This document shows positions 1 through 14,503 of a DNA stretch of 64,000 bases, in pieces. The first letter of the stretch is position 1; each line of letters opens with the position of its first letter. The stretch is from NCBI RefSeq assembly GCF_006345805.1, contig NC_043008.1, positions 29,326,001 through 29,390,000 on the forward strand. Reading direction: 5' to 3'. The position numbers and the translations under genes are program-made. This DNA is from Octopus sinensis. Lineage: Eukaryota. The notes under the pieces are model-generated. The model saw only the letters and a list, made by a program, of their open reading frames with translations. It was not told where the DNA came from and searched no databases.

Positions 1-1265
1 AGAAAAAAATAGAGAACATCCGACGTGCTGCCCGGACATGTGTTTTATAAGCCTATTTCTATATTTCCTTCCCTGGACGGTACACTGTCCGTACCAGAAT
101 TATTCGTTTGCAAGCTGAACAGATTGGCGCAAATGAAATAAAGGGATTTGTTCAAGTACACAGCACTTCACCCTGTCCTGGAATGGAAGCCACTTTCTTT
201 TGATCATCGATCCAACAGATTGAATATATCTATACTCCACGTTTTTCTAGCTACAGACTGATAATACAAACATATGTATGCAAGTATGTACACACACATA
301 CATATATATATTTACATGTATGTATGTGTATATATAAATATATATATACATATATATACATGTATGCACGTATGTATTTTTGTATGTATACGCATACTCT
401 TTAATACGCACAGTCATATTCATTAACCTTATTATTGTTACTAAAATCACACAACAAACGCGCTTAGTATTAACACTAGACTTTTAGTAAAACTTGCAAA
501 ACCTTTTTCCTATTCCACTCCACGTGTTAACAGACACACTCACAGGCACACATCCCTACATATCTACCTAGCTAGCTAACTAGTTATCTATCTCAGATAC
601 ATACAAAATTTATGTCTGTAACCCAGAGCTGACTGTTATATTAAAATCTGAAAATTTCCTCTCTGGAATGAAACTGACAGGTTTCTATTAGAGTCAATTT
701 CATAACATAAATATTTAACACACACGCGCGCAGACACGCACAAACGCACACAATCATCTATATACGCACATTAATATATATGCAAGCATATATACGCTTG
801 TGTATACATACATATATATATATGTGTGTGTGTGTAGCATATTTTATATGTTGCATATATATATATATGTGTGTGTAATCTATCTCTATATATATATGAT
901 CGCACCCATATTTGTGTATGTGTTTGTGTGTGTGTATGTATGTAGGTTTGTGTGTATGTGTTAGTGTGGGCATGAGTGCTTTTATGTATAGAAATGTAAA
1001 ATGAAAATAATTAGTTGTATTGCTATCAAATTACTCTGAGACATGCAAAAAGAGAGTTCCGGTGGATTGATCTTAATTCCAATTCAATCATACTTGCGTC
1101 TCGTAGAATGGCCAAGGTCATTCTCGATGAAATGCTAAATTTTGTAGCCTCCCATTTCATAACAATTCATTATGTCAAATTCTCCAGAATCAGTATTGTT
1201 ATATTCTACTTCACGTGTAGAAATATAGTATATTTTACTCATACACCTAATTTAGCGAGATCAGA

Positions 1266-1480
1266 CGATTACGGCTGTGACTCTTTGGTCACTGTGCAGA
1301 CCAACCTGAACGTGTGGAACCCACTTCATAATGATGCAAGAAGAGAAAAACGTCGTCACACCTACATCGACAACTTGATTGCAGACACTGGCTTGGAATG
1401 TATCCAGGACCTTAAAGCGTGATGTTGGACCGGTTGGTGTGGTGGGTGAAATTTCTTGCAGCGGGCCGGGTTCCAACAAT
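1266..1480 (+). mobile_element. Degenerate 3' fragment of an RTE-clade LINE (C-terminus of the RT ORF)
   Basis: With a stop and frameshifts it reads RLRL*LFGHCADQPE...VWNPLHNDARREKRRHTYIDNLIADTGLECIQDLKA*MLDR. This resembles the RLxLAGHC...LWxP...GR..TYID.L..DTG...M.DR C-terminus of RTE-type LINEs (recognised by eye). Confidence 0.55.
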
Positions 1481-2035
1481 ACATTATTTTATGAACTATT
1501 GTATCTGTGAGTCTCAATTACTAAGAATTCATAATAGTCTTAATCCTAGAACAATAAAACTTTTGCCACAGTTAAATTCTTGATAGTTTTGGATTCGGTC
1601 TTATTGATTGCCCGCTAACACAAATGTCTCCAAAGACAATTCTGAGCGTTTGGCCCTACACGCGCATAAATAGAGAGGTGTGGGGTGTAATGTTATTTTT
1701 ATATTTCGTGATACCCTTTCATTGACAACAGGAATTCACAATTCTGAAAATGAATATCAATAAAATATATTCAGGCTACTTACTGGATAGTTACGCAAGT
1801 CTAAAAATCCTTGTTTGTGCTGCAGTATGGTCAAACCATGTATAAAATTCAATAAAATAACGAAATGATACTAGGTTCAACAGTTTTTCACTTGTTGGCA
1901 AATCTAACAATAAGTAAAGATGTAAAATATCGATTCCGCGGTATGGGAATATAATCATAGTAAGGAATTACGAAATGAAGCAAAGCATTTCATTTATGGT
2001 TATGTCTAACTTGCCATAGTTTAAGAAAAACAAAA

Positions 2036-2037
<2 letters not shown>

Positions 2038-2099
<62 letters not shown>

Positions 2100-2123
2100 G
2101 CTGCTACTACTACTACCACCACC
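2038..2123 (+). repeat. (CTA)n microsatellite grading into CTG/CCA
   Basis: Directly visible. Confidence 0.95.
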
Positions 2124-2589
2124 ATATGAGTTCAAGTTATGTTGAATTTGACCTTACATTTTTTCGCTTAGCGATCGATGAAAAACATACCAGTTGAACA
2201 CTGAAATCCATGTACAGGATTAATCCCTCCCTTAAAATCGGTTTGTATGTGACAAAATTTGAAGCCGTATAATTATTATTAGTTGTAGTATTATAGTTGT
2301 TCTTGTTGTTACTATTATTATTGTTAAGTGTAGTAACGACTTCGAAATTAGAAATAAATTAGCAGTGTCAGCAGAACCAACAACAACAGGAACGGAGTAA
2401 GCGATAAAATCTGTAGCTATAGCGAGAGTTCCAGTGTCGGAGTACCTGTAGAAGTTAATAGCGATAGCATAGACAGAATTTTACGTAGGATATGGGCAAT
2501 TCCCATGCGCACTAACTTTTGAATTTCTGCCATTTTGGGGTCCCCTGGTTTCTGAGCTAGGTAGGAATCACCCTCTTTTGCTTTTTCTG

Positions 2590-2614
2590 ATTATTATTAT
2601 TATTATTATTATTA

Positions 2615-2649
<35 letters not shown>

Positions 2650-2650
2650 G
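2590..2650 (+). repeat. (ATT)n microsatellite
   Basis: Directly visible. Confidence 0.95.
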
Positions 2651-3282
2651 CTTCTAAGTGGGAGAAAGGCTAAACATGGAATTCATACATAAACAGGTTA
2701 ACGTTTTGCAAGAGACAGTGTCGATTCCGAAATCTTTGAACAATTTTGAATGCACCAGTTTATTATCGATGTTCCCATAGAGGGTTTCTATAAAGTATTA
2801 AGCTGTTAAGAACAGATACGACACTTTGATCTTAGCTTACACACTGAAAGAAATATATAAATCAATAAAGTATGGAAGACGGAAAGTAAAATAGCCTAAG
2901 TGATGATTAGACAAATAAGGGCAAAAATAAAAAGGATAAATAAATAAGGAAAAATTAATAAATGTATGGTTACAAATAGGTTCTTTAAAATTTTTCTTTT
3001 ACTTTTTGCCGATTTCTACTTCTATTTCAATATTTCTTGATCTTTATTCTTTGCCTGACATCTTGTCAAATTTGTCAAGATTACTCGTCCTAAAGTAATC
3101 TAACAGACTAACGTAAGTCATCTCTCCCAGCCAGGCTGACTTCAGTGTAATTACAGCTTACTAGTTTGGAGAATCTCGTAAGAGTAAAGGGCAACATATA
3201 GCATGAAGATCAACTTCACTCACATGTTAGATTCCTCAATAAGCGGGCCTCCATATACGTTTGTATTTTATATTTATCATAC

Positions 3283-3317
3283 GTACATACATACATACAT
3301 ACATACATACATACATG

Positions 3318-3376
<59 letters not shown>
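3283..3376 (+). repeat. (TACA)n-(TA)n compound microsatellite
   Basis: Directly visible. It explains the YI/HT-rich ORFs in the track. Confidence 0.95.
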
Positions 3377-3378
<2 letters not shown>

Positions 3379-3394
3379 TCTTTTACTTTTTTTA

Positions 3395-3705
3395 TTCTTT
3401 TACTTGTTTCAGTCATGTTGATTGTGGCTATGCTGGAGCGTCGCATTTTAGTAGAAGAAATCGACCCATGGACTTATTCTTTGTAACACTGGTACTTTTT
3501 TTAGCGGAGTCTTTTGCTGAACCGTTAGTTTACGGAGACGTAAAAGTACCATCATCGGTTGTGAAGCGATGGTAGAGGAAGAAACAAAAACACACAAATA
3601 TACGTATAAATATATATTTGACAGGCTTCGTTCAGTTTCTGTCTGCCAAATCTACCCTCAACGGTTGGTTCGCCCCAATGATTATAGTAGAAAACTTCTC
3701 TCTCT
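3395..3705 (-). mobile_element. SINE family C, headless body and 3' part
   Basis: The reverse complement of ~3620-3660 (gtagatttggcagacagaaactgaacgaagcctgtc) matches 23974-24014 (gtggatttggtagacggaaacggaaagaaacctgtc). 3400-3570 matches the more diverged copy at 20331-20515. Confidence 0.7.
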
Positions 3706-3740
3706 CTCTAAACACACACACACACACACACACACCACAC

Positions 3741-3775
<35 letters not shown>

Positions 3776-4094
3776 GTGTGTGTGTGTGTACATAAATATA
3801 TACAAAACGTCGCTTATCTGGAAAAAGGAGAAATAAACTATATTTAATCTCTGTTGTTTGTCGCTGGAAAAATCATATAGTACTTGGCGAGTGGAGTAAG
3901 ATATTACTAGATGATGATTAATGCACGCCGAGGACGGGTTACCACGTAAAGCTAGGGATGAGTGCGATGACCCTTGCAAGTACTAATCGGACAGAAAATG
4001 TGTTCGTTAGCCTGCAGGAGGAAATGTCTTCCTCGTGCTACAAATGTCAGTAACACTGTCTCGTATGGGACGCCACACTTGGTTGGCATTTATT

Positions 4095-4136
<42 letters not shown>

Positions 4137-4159
4137 TAAATAAAACATATGCATATATA

Positions 4160-4475
4160 TAAACATATATGTACGTACCTAACTCTACATGTACATATAC
4201 ACGCATATATGAGTACAGGACACCAAAAAAACGTCGAACACAATGAGAAACGAAAACATACACACAAACCCAAGGTACTGGACATTTTTTTAAACAACAA
4301 AAAAATAGAGTACAGGACAATTAACACAAAGAAAAAACCCCTTCTTCAGTCGCTATGGTTTCATCTACTCTACGTTTCGAAAGTGAAAGCGAGACGTATC
4401 TTCGACAAGAAACTTTCCTTCCTGCGAAAAGCAAATCAATTAAAATTTCAGATCTTTTCGCAGAGGGGTAAAAAA
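4160..4475 (-). mobile_element. Short non-coding repeat with a decayed hammerhead-like motif (possibly Penelope-derived)
   Basis: Internal repeat gagtacaggac at ~4211 and ~4309. The minus strand has GAAACGUA at ~4377-4371, preceded by a corrupted core (cgcaggaagg). Family assignment is inference. Confidence 0.35.
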
Positions 4476-4510
4476 TGGTAACAAAACAGGACAGTAACGA
4501 CAGTACAAAT

Positions 4511-4552
<42 letters not shown>

Positions 4553-4569
4553 ATATATATATTATATAT

Positions 4570-4669
4570 NNNNNNNNNNNNNNNNNNNNNNNNNNNNNNN
4601 NNNNNNNNNNNNNNNNNNNNNNNNNNNNNNNNNNNNNNNNNNNNNNNNNNNNNNNNNNNNNNNNNNNNN
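4570..4669. other. Assembly gap (100 N) next to a (TA)n tract
   Basis: Run of 100 N. Confidence 1.
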
Positions 4670-5032
4670 GAGTAAAATTATTAACGGAAAAGGTCATTCG
4701 ATATATATCTGAGATTCAAAGGAGCTTTGAGTTAATAAATTATCAACAGCCAGGAGCTGAGCGTATGTAAACCAATTAAGATTACTGGCAATACATTACT
4801 AAGTTCTCCATTAGCATTAAACACTCTATATCTACTCAGAATTGAATCACACTTAATAATCCGCTCAGTCACTTTTTTATCTTTCAGCTGAAAATATACT
4901 TTAATATTCCGCTTTCACTATTTTTCTCTCCCCGATATTGGATTTATGTGCGTATATGTGTGTGTGTGTGTTTATTTACTTATATGTATACTGGTGTGTG
5001 CGTACATACGTAGTAGTTATAAAAGCTTATAA

Positions 5033-5067
<35 letters not shown>

Positions 5068-5236
5068 GAGTGGATGGTGTGGGTGTGTTTGCGTAGGTAA
5101 GAGCACATTTAATATATGTATATATACTTAAATATTTACGTAGCTATAAATGTACATATGTATGCGTGTGCTTATGTATGTCTGTGCATGTTATTCTTCC
5201 TCTCTTTCTCTCACTGTCTCACTCTTTTATGTATGT

Positions 5237-5277
<41 letters not shown>

Positions 5278-5364
5278 ATATATATATATATATATATCAT
5301 ATTCATATATATATATATATATAGTATATATATATATAATATATATATATATTATATATATATC

Positions 5365-5395
<31 letters not shown>

Positions 5396-6386
5396 ATATG
5401 CGTCCGTCTGCGTGTGTGACTACGTGCGTGTGTCCTCTTTAATCGATTGCTTCATACAATCGCTGCCATTGTCCCACTTAGCTGTTGAATGTAAATTGTA
5501 TCATCAAATTTATCGTTTTTCTTTTCGAATCCTTATTTGCCATACGTATTTCTAAGATAGATCAAACCACTCTATATTGAGAAATAGGTTTTTCGACTTA
5601 ATTATTTGATATTTTTATGTAATATCTATCATGACCATTTGTTTCGAATGCAATATTTTGTGTTTTTAGAATATACTATATATTATTTTATTTTAAGAAA
5701 TAAATACAATCATAAATAGCATAATGGCAAGAAAGCAGGTTAGAATGACATGTACAAAGAAATAAAGGGTGAAAGAAACATAAAATATTTATATTTAATC
5801 CGTAGAAATAAAATTATATCCAGTGAGAATTAGTAAACATCTGTTAATAATTTAAAATAAATAAATATCACCGTAAAGAATTTATCTCGTGTGTAATCGC
5901 ACCCACACACATGTGTGCATCTCTGTCTGTTTGTGTTTCTCTACTCGTATGAACAAATCATGCTTAAATTGTGATAAGATTATAACTGTATTTTTATTCT
6001 GAGCATTTAATGCTTAGAAAATATAAAAGTATTATTTGATTCTCAAAGCACAATTTAAGTTGAAAATTATTCTTAAAAAGGATTGCTTCGGGAGAGAACT
6101 GAGTAATTTAATCTGAATATGTTTGTATTGAACTAAGTCAATTATCTTCCAAATTTTATAAACTACAATTTTAACGATAATTACTCTACAAAAGAGGATG
6201 TGTTTTATCAAGCTGGTTTAACATAGGTGTAAAAGAAGTGGTTACAAAATTCTCATACAAAAAAACAGATCCAGTGGCGTCATAAAAATTAGATATCTAT
6301 ACAAAGTTATTAACGGAATCTATATTTTTGAACGTAAGAAGGGAATATTTCTATACAACAGTTAAATAAGGTGATATACGATATAC

Positions 6387-6966
6387 TTTTCTACTATAGG
6401 CACAAGGCCTCAAATTTTCGGGAAGGGGACTTGTCGATTACATTGACTTCAGTTCGTGACTGGTATTTTATTTATCGACCCCGAAATGATGAATGGCAAA
6501 GTCGACCCCAGTGGCATTTGAACTCTGAAATTGAAGAAAGACGAAATACCTATTTCTTTACTACCCACAAGAGGCTAAACACAGAGAGGACAAACAAGGA
6601 CAGACAAACGGATTATGTCGATTATATCGACCCCAGTGCGTAACTGTTACTTATTTAATCGATCCCGAAAGGATGAAAGGCAACGTCGACCTCGGCGGAA
6701 TTTGAACTCAGAACGTAGCGGCAGACGAAATACCTATTTCTTTACTACCCACAAGGAACTAAACACAGAGAGGACAAACAAAGACAGACGAACGGATTAA
6801 GTCGATTACATCAACCCCAGTGCGTAACTGATACTTAATTTATCGACACCGAAAGGATGAACGGCAAAGTCGGCTTCGGCGGAATTTGAACTCAGAACGT
6901 AACGGCAGACGAAATACCGTTAAGCATTTTGCCCGGCGTGCTAATGACTCTGCCAGCTCGTCGCCA
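6387..6966 (-). mobile_element. SINE family B with two internal 184-bp tandem units
   Basis: Shares gtcgacctcggcggaatttgaactcagaacgt...gaaatacc...ccggcgtgctaa...ctgccagctcg.cgcc with 26907-27130, 37021-37272 and 63688-63805. Tandem units lie at 6551-6734 and 6735-6918. Confidence 0.85.
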
Positions 6967-7521
6967 AGTGATATACTATATACCTCGGCGTTGACTGCAA
7001 AACAGTTCTGAGTTGTCTCCCTTTTGCTTTTACCCCCCCCCCCCGAATACTGTAGCAAATACGTCAGTACGATAATAATCACTGTATTAAACCTTAAATT
7101 TTCATTATAGACTTCAAAATCATTGTGAATAATCAGCATAAACTATTGTTACGTTTCACGGCAAACACAAAACTACATTTTAGACGTAGTAATCAACACA
7201 GCTATATATTAAAAGCAACGATATTGACGTGTCGTTATACATAACTGTTTGTTAGAGTTATGTTTTTACATGTCAGCGAAAAATTTATAAGGGTGAACAA
7301 ATGAATGGATCGATGGAGCTCTGATTTCAACTGAACTGTTTTTTCTACAAAACGTACAATAGAAATATAGTCTAAACCTCACTATGACACCGTATTTCAG
7401 ACTCCTTGTTTCGCCTATGTTTATGTCTCAGTGTATGAAGACACGCACAAAGCAGACATATAGATACATTTGTATGAATGTATGTATGCATTTATGTATG
7501 ATTATACACTTAAGTATGTTT

Positions 7522-7565
<44 letters not shown>

Positions 7566-7608
7566 CATAATCACAGACATGCGTATTATATATATATATA
7601 TATATATA

Positions 7609-7646
<38 letters not shown>

Positions 7647-8594
7647 GTGTGTGTGTGTGTGTGTCTATATCTATGTATATATGTATATATTTAAGTGTGT
7701 GTGTTCATATATATATATGTGTGTGCGAGTGTGTGCGTGTGTGTGTATACATTCTCATACACATAAACGCACGTGTTTATGCATGGTTTAGTCTGCGTCA
7801 GTGTGTCGCCTCGAAATTTATCGTCTCCAGAATAGACTATGTTTTTCATGTGTTCTATAATTCGAAAAATATACTGCTAGAATTAACAAGCAGAGATTGA
7901 TTATGATGCTGATATGTGTTCCTTGACTGAAATCCAAATGTCTCGTTCCCAAACTACTAAAATATAATAAAGATCCACCCGAGATTCTATGTCGCTGTGT
8001 CTGTTCATCCGATATTTTCCACGTTTTATGTATTTTGCCCAATATGCTTTGAAGTTACATTGAACACATCCCTTATAATTTCGAGACAAAGAACTTTATC
8101 ATTCATGGGATCTCAGTGCACATGTACACACATATGTATGTATATAATTATCTTATAGACTTGATATTTTGTATCAGGGATTGAACAATAAAAGTCATTC
8201 ACAAATTGTGTATGCTGGCTAAATTATGTCTTTGGTCTGGCCTCTGCTATCTATGTATATATTTATATATATACATAAATGCTTATGTTAATATGCAAAC
8301 ATACATAGAGAATATATAGACATACATACATACGTACGTACATATGCATATAAACCACACACTCACACACATGTGTGTGTATATAAGTATTTATGTGTTT
8401 TTCGTTGTCATTTGCGTCGTCGTGAGCATTAACTGGTATCCAAGTAGTTATGTATATGTTTATGTATATAAAGGTGAGAGTGGAGACTATATGCCTGACG
8501 AGACGGTTCCTTTCTACGAGCTTACTAAACATTAAGTGGCACAGAGTTGAGTCACTTTGATATATATATATACAGCGATATATGAAAATGGAGG

Positions 8595-8633
<39 letters not shown>

Positions 8634-8881
8634 ATAAAGAAAGAAATGAAGAAAAGAAATAAATGATAGAAAAAAGAATAAAAGAGCTGGAGAGAGGAGA
8701 AAGAAAGACATTTGTTTAATTGCCATTGACACAGCCCCCCCCCATCAACTCATACTTGCGACTAAATGAATGAACTCTACAAATTCTATTGTGTACTTTT
8801 TCCTGTTTTATTTCAGTCATGTACACACACATGATAGGCACGCATACACACAAACACGTAATACATAAATATATACATATG

Positions 8882-8934
<53 letters not shown>

Positions 8935-10370
8935 GTAATAAATCTTAATATGCACATGTAAACACAAATGTGCTTGTCTGTTTTGGTGTGTTATGTATAT
9001 GTATTTTTCTGCGTGCGTGATTATATTTACGAATGTACGCATTATTCCCTGCAGCTATCAATTTTCCAATTATTATATCCATGGCGAGCTTTTGAGTAAG
9101 CTTCAGATCGTTGCTGTTAAAATCTTAACCTAATATCTTAAAAGAAAGCGAGAACGCAATACTGATAGTAATATTGGCATATAACATTGATGCAAGGTCA
9201 CAAAAGTGTAGCAGAAGGAGTGAAAGACAGAAAGAGAGAAAGATAGAGTGTGTTTGTGAGAGAGGGAGACAGCCGATTCAACAGAGTCTACTACGTGACT
9301 TCGTACGTTTTTATCGATTTGTAGAAATTAAATTTTTTAAAAAATTATTATCGGCCAAAAATCTAGTAGAAAGTGGTGATAAATGGAACTAAATACTGAA
9401 AATGAGTTATACACATAAATCCTCCTGTTTATTTCCACGAAAACCTGAGTTTAATTGATATGGAAAGAGAATGATTATGTTTGATGAGAAAACTTTACGT
9501 CATAAACAATGAAATCTTTGAAGTAGTGCTATTACAACTTTGTAGAACATTTCTTGCGGCATGTGGAGGGCAGAGTGTTTGTGTAGTGATTCCCAAAATT
9601 CCAGAACTGAATAAAGAACCACTAGAATATTTTCAAAATTCCCGCCGTTCTATCAGCACGAGTGAAATTGTGTTCTCTGACTCCTTTTATGTTGGGCTCG
9701 AGTTGGGATCACTTCTGTGAAAAAGGGACACAATATGAACCTACTCTGTAACAACCTTCATGAAGCAACCACCAGTTTCTTTTCATTATCTTCTTGAATG
9801 AATGAATTGGTATGGGTCAGAAATTATTCAAAAGATTGCGTGAAGAAGTTTAAATAATTGATACCATTGCATTTAAAATTCTATGCAATATTCTTAACAT
9901 TTGAATCAAAAGAGAATTGGTGACTCTATAGTATTCAGAATCAAATCACTTTCGAGGAGTAACCGGGATCAAAAATAAGAGATGGAAAATTTATTCTGTA
10001 GTGCTCATGTGTTCTTCGGCGGCATTGAAAGTTGAATGATGGAATGGTTCAATCCTGGAATTGAAATTTGTTCCATAGAGTTTCATTAACTCTTTGTTCT
10101 GCGAATAAGCCTCCGTATTCAATGAGTAGCTTCTCAGCTCCCATATTATGATATTATTCACATTAGCAGCCACCCAGATAGAGTATGTAGATATTGAAGC
10201 TATAGATATTCCTGGCACGCATTTTATTGATTTGCTTTTTAAGTGTACGTAAGGTATTATATTTGGGCAATAAATATATGTGAGATACGCACTAAACCGC
10301 AACATTTTGTGAAAGTTTATAGTCAATTAAATAAACTGTAGTTCTTCACATGTAAATATTTTTGCAATAC

Positions 10371-10440
10371 GCGCAGGAGTCGCTGTGTGGTAAGGAGCTT
10401 GTTTCCGGTTTTATCTAACGGAAACTGAAGGAAGCACACC
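10371..10440 (+). mobile_element. SINE family C, internally deleted (tRNA-like head joined to the ggaaactgaag end)
   Basis: The head gcgcaggagtcgctgtgtggtaag matches 23896 onward, and the copy ends at a (TA)n tract. Confidence 0.65.
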
Positions 10441-11354
10441 GTGTACATATATATATATATATAATATATATATGTATAAATGTATGTATGTATATATATA
10501 TATATAATATATATTACTTTCTGACCCCATCCTTCTTTAATTTCCTTTTTCTCCCCTTCCTTCTTTTGCCGTCTTCTATCTGTCTGTCTGTCTGTCTCTC
10601 TGCCCTCTTTCTCTTTCTCTCTTTCTCGTTGCTCACACGTGATCATCATCCAACTTTCCTTTCGTCACGCAACAATCTTTCTTTTCCTGCACGGTCGTTC
10701 AAAGTTCTGGACGCTTTTTTCTCTCTGTCTTCTGTATTTTATCTTTATAAAGAAACTATTTCTTCCAGCGTTCATTATTTCTCTCTCGATCTGGTCTAAC
10801 AACACTCCATGTTTTTATTTTCACGTTTCCTTGTATATCTCTACAGTCCTCTTTCTGTTGCCAACTTCAACCCTCCATAAGTCCTAATTTTTTAAGAATG
10901 TATAGGAACAACTGTGTTTGAAGACCCATATTGTCGTTGAATGCTCTAACTGAGGATTTAATAGACAGCCAACTGATGAAGTTATTTCTCTGTTTACTTG
11001 TCCTATTTTCCATGTTTTCCTCGTTGTTTACGTATTTAACTCCTTGTCTACGTATTTCTTATTGTTTACGTAGTTGGTGGCGTCCTGCACCCATATATGC
11101 ATATATGTAAATATATACATATAGATATATATACCCATATTTATATGTACATGTAAATATATATATATATTATTTAATTGAACGCCACGCATCCATTTTC
11201 AGATAATATATATCATATATACACATGGGGGGGGCGGTTTTTAGATGGATGTTTGTGAACAAGTACTACAACAATTCAATGCATTATTGTCCTTCTGCTA
11301 ACTTATCCGGGGTTTTTTCGAGGTATGGGGATTATTAATACTTACGGGTAACTT

Positions 11355-11470
11355 AAGACGGTGAACTGGAAGTAGCGTTACCGCGCCAGGCCAAATTGCT
11401 TAGTGGCATTTGGTCTGTCCTTACATTGTGAGTTCAAATTCCACCGAGGTCGACTTTTCCACCCCCGAAA
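11355..11470 (+). mobile_element. SINE family B fragment
   Basis: gagttcaaattccaccgaggtcgactt and the upstream head match the other family-B copies. Confidence 0.7.
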
Positions 11471-12963
11471 TCGGTGGCCAAAATTTGTAACCAATGTTTA
11501 TGGATAAACATAAGGCAATACAGATTTGGTAAGGTTGGAATGAAATGCATTGCAGTGATATATAAATTTGATGATACTATACTTTGCCAAGCAAAAATTG
11601 ACCTGAAAAGGATTGAAAAGTAGATTGCAATATAAAGTATCTTGCATCTAGTAAGCAATCATATGATGGTCATCTTATCTGTTGAAATACAATAATTACT
11701 GATGCCATATTTCCACTTCGTGTACATTAGCAACATATTGCGAATTATTGTTATCCCATCTGACATCCAGTTCTTAGAAGTCTTTTTATCCATGATTAGT
11801 CCCCGGCTAAGTGTCGCTTATCCGAGCCTGTGATATTGTATTATCCTTCCCTTTCCCATTTTCCTGATATTGGCTTTGCCCTCTATGTTTACATCAGATG
11901 TGTTCTCATTCAGCATGATTAGATTTTCCTCTTGATTTTTGGTGAAACTTATAATCGATATATAGATAGATTTTCCTAGAATTTTCTTTTCAGTTACATG
12001 ATTTTGAATTTTAAAAAAAGCTTAAAATGATTATTCAAGGACACATTTATGTCACTCATACTTCTACATCAGAGAATATTTCTTCTCATTAGTATTAGTA
12101 TTTTTATTCATTTCTAAATCGTTTGTTCACTTTGCTATTCACGCTCACCCGCTTGCTACCTATCTGTCTCTTTCTCTCTTGTTCTCTTTTTCTTTCTCCT
12201 CCTTGTTATCGCTCTTTCTCTCACTCTCTCTCTCTTTCACCTTATTTACTTTACCCTGTCTCTCTCTTACTCTTTGTCTTTATCTCTCTCACGCTCATTA
12301 TCAATCTTCCTTCTCTTTACTTAACCGAATAAAATTTTTAGGTATTTAGAATATCAATGTAAAATATATGAAGGTAACATAATTAAATTCCGATCTCGTT
12401 TTCCTCAAGGCCGTCATCAATACACAATCAATTAGATTATTTTAGATTCCCGTTGGTATATTTCTATCTCTTTTGTGTGTAGCTATTTCTTTTGTACTAC
12501 TTCGATATGTTTAGAGAACCCATATGTTATCTATTCTGGTAACCATTGCTTGATGAAACCTTATCCTCCCTGAGTCCCCCTATCCCGATATATTGTTATA
12601 CTTCCTATGACTTCTATGCTTTAAGCATATTTTTATTGTGTGCCAAAATTCTCTATTTTGTGTATATTTAGTTTCTATCTAACATTAATATATTTTTGTT
12701 CACCCTATCAAGCCTCTTCTTTATGGAAGTTGTGTTTCTTAGATCTAGTATAACTTATTTTTATTGTTATTTTGCTTTTTGTTAAAACAATGAAAATTAC
12801 TTTCCTAGCAGGGATTTACTACTTTGCAAACAACACCCATAAGGCTTGCTCTTGTTTTGAGCGTGCAACATAAATGTTGTTTAGTTGTTTCGGAGCGTAA
12901 TCGCATTAAACTACTGTAATGGTGGATCATATATACAGAACCATTTGTTTCAGATTAACTTCT

Positions 12964-12965
<2 letters not shown>

Positions 12966-13032
<67 letters not shown>
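12966..13032 (+). repeat. (TA)n-(TG)n microsatellite
   Basis: Directly visible. Confidence 0.95.
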
Positions 13033-13034
<2 letters not shown>

Positions 13035-14503
13035 TATTGTTAGTAATAAATCTCGGGGTACTCTGATTGAGTTGACCTATGATTAGATGCTTTTCATTTG
13101 TGATCATCCGTATTTTCTCCCGGTATACGAACTCTACAACTACAGAAAAGTGTGTGGTATCAGTGGCCGTTATGCCACCTATTTCTAGAATATTAAATGT
13201 ACGCGTTTAAATGTGTATGGTACACGTCATCGTTATATTTTTCGAATTCTACATAACATTTTGTTATTTGCGATACAGAATATAGACAGGAAAAACATTA
13301 GCAATATATTTTGAAAGAACCGAATAGCATTCACGTTTACATACATATATGTTTTTCCTTTTGGGATATCAATGAAACGCTTTTTGTTATTTTTAAAAGC
13401 GCTGTCAAATTATTTATATTTCTATTCAATTATGATTTATTAGATCATTCATCCGAAAAACCATTCTAATTTTTACACTTGGGAAGGACAAAAGGAAATG
13501 CTGACCAGTATGTGCATCAAAGATTCTTTTAAACGCTAAATGTGCGTTTGTTCTGTTGAAGTCTGTTAGGATCAAATGAATCGTAACCCACCAGGTCATT
13601 CAAACATCAAGCGTACTTAACTGCCAATAACTTACACTAAACAGGTAGTGTCAGGCAACTGGAATATCACATCACTGTCTCCTTTTTCTGAATTAAGGAT
13701 GGTAGTAGTTTACTTGGCTGTTTGCAATGATGAAATAATTATTATGATTAATAAATTCAGGATGATTAAAGAAAGAGCGGTTTTCCCCCTGACAAACACT
13801 TCCTCAACAGATTTAAGTATTATCGGAATTGAAAATAACAACTGATAATTAAGCGCTAAATTCAAATACATTTTTTAAAAAAGCGGGTTAGAATAGCGTG
13901 CGTAGACTAGTCGAATGGCCAATGCATAACATTCTAGAAGTTATTCTAAACCTAAAGAACGATACCTTTCCTTGTTAGTCTGGGAAATTCGGGTGTCTGC
14001 TATTCCTTAATTCTCCCGAGGGTTATCTTAGATATGTGTTATGGGTATGTGTGTATGTACACGCCTAAAAAACGCTCACAAACGCATACTCAGATATATA
14101 TAACCCTAAATTTTTAGTTCATGCAGTGGAGAAAACAATGTCTCTTTCTTAACGAATATAGTTACGCTTTAATTGAAAAACAAAATCAAAGTGAATCTCA
14201 TTTTGCCACTAATGCGATATTGGCCCTGTAAAGTCATTGCAAAAACGTTGCAAGACTAGGAATGCAAAAAGAAATAGCTGCTTAGGTTTTTATGCAATAT
14301 AATTAATAAAAGTGAGCACGAGAACAATGCTGATTGTTTTCATGCGTGAAAAAGTTACACTGAGTTTTGCTGGGTTTTAAAATTCATAGCAACCATAAGG
14401 CAACTAACTACACTGAATTATGTAAACGACAGCAATTGATCATGAAATTATTTTTCTCATTCTTACGAATATTATTGATATTGTAAAGTTTAATAGCCAT
14501 CTC

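Noticed and set aside
9481-10326. Two short ORFs in moderately complex sequence (9481-9720 plus, 9991-10326 minus)
   Set aside because: No recognisable protein family or splice context. They could be ancient TE debris.
10900-11095. Repeat-like segment with CTGATGAAG at ~10974
   Set aside because: No downstream GAAA with a stem II or stem I partner in this copy. At most a truncated relic, so not called as a ribozyme.
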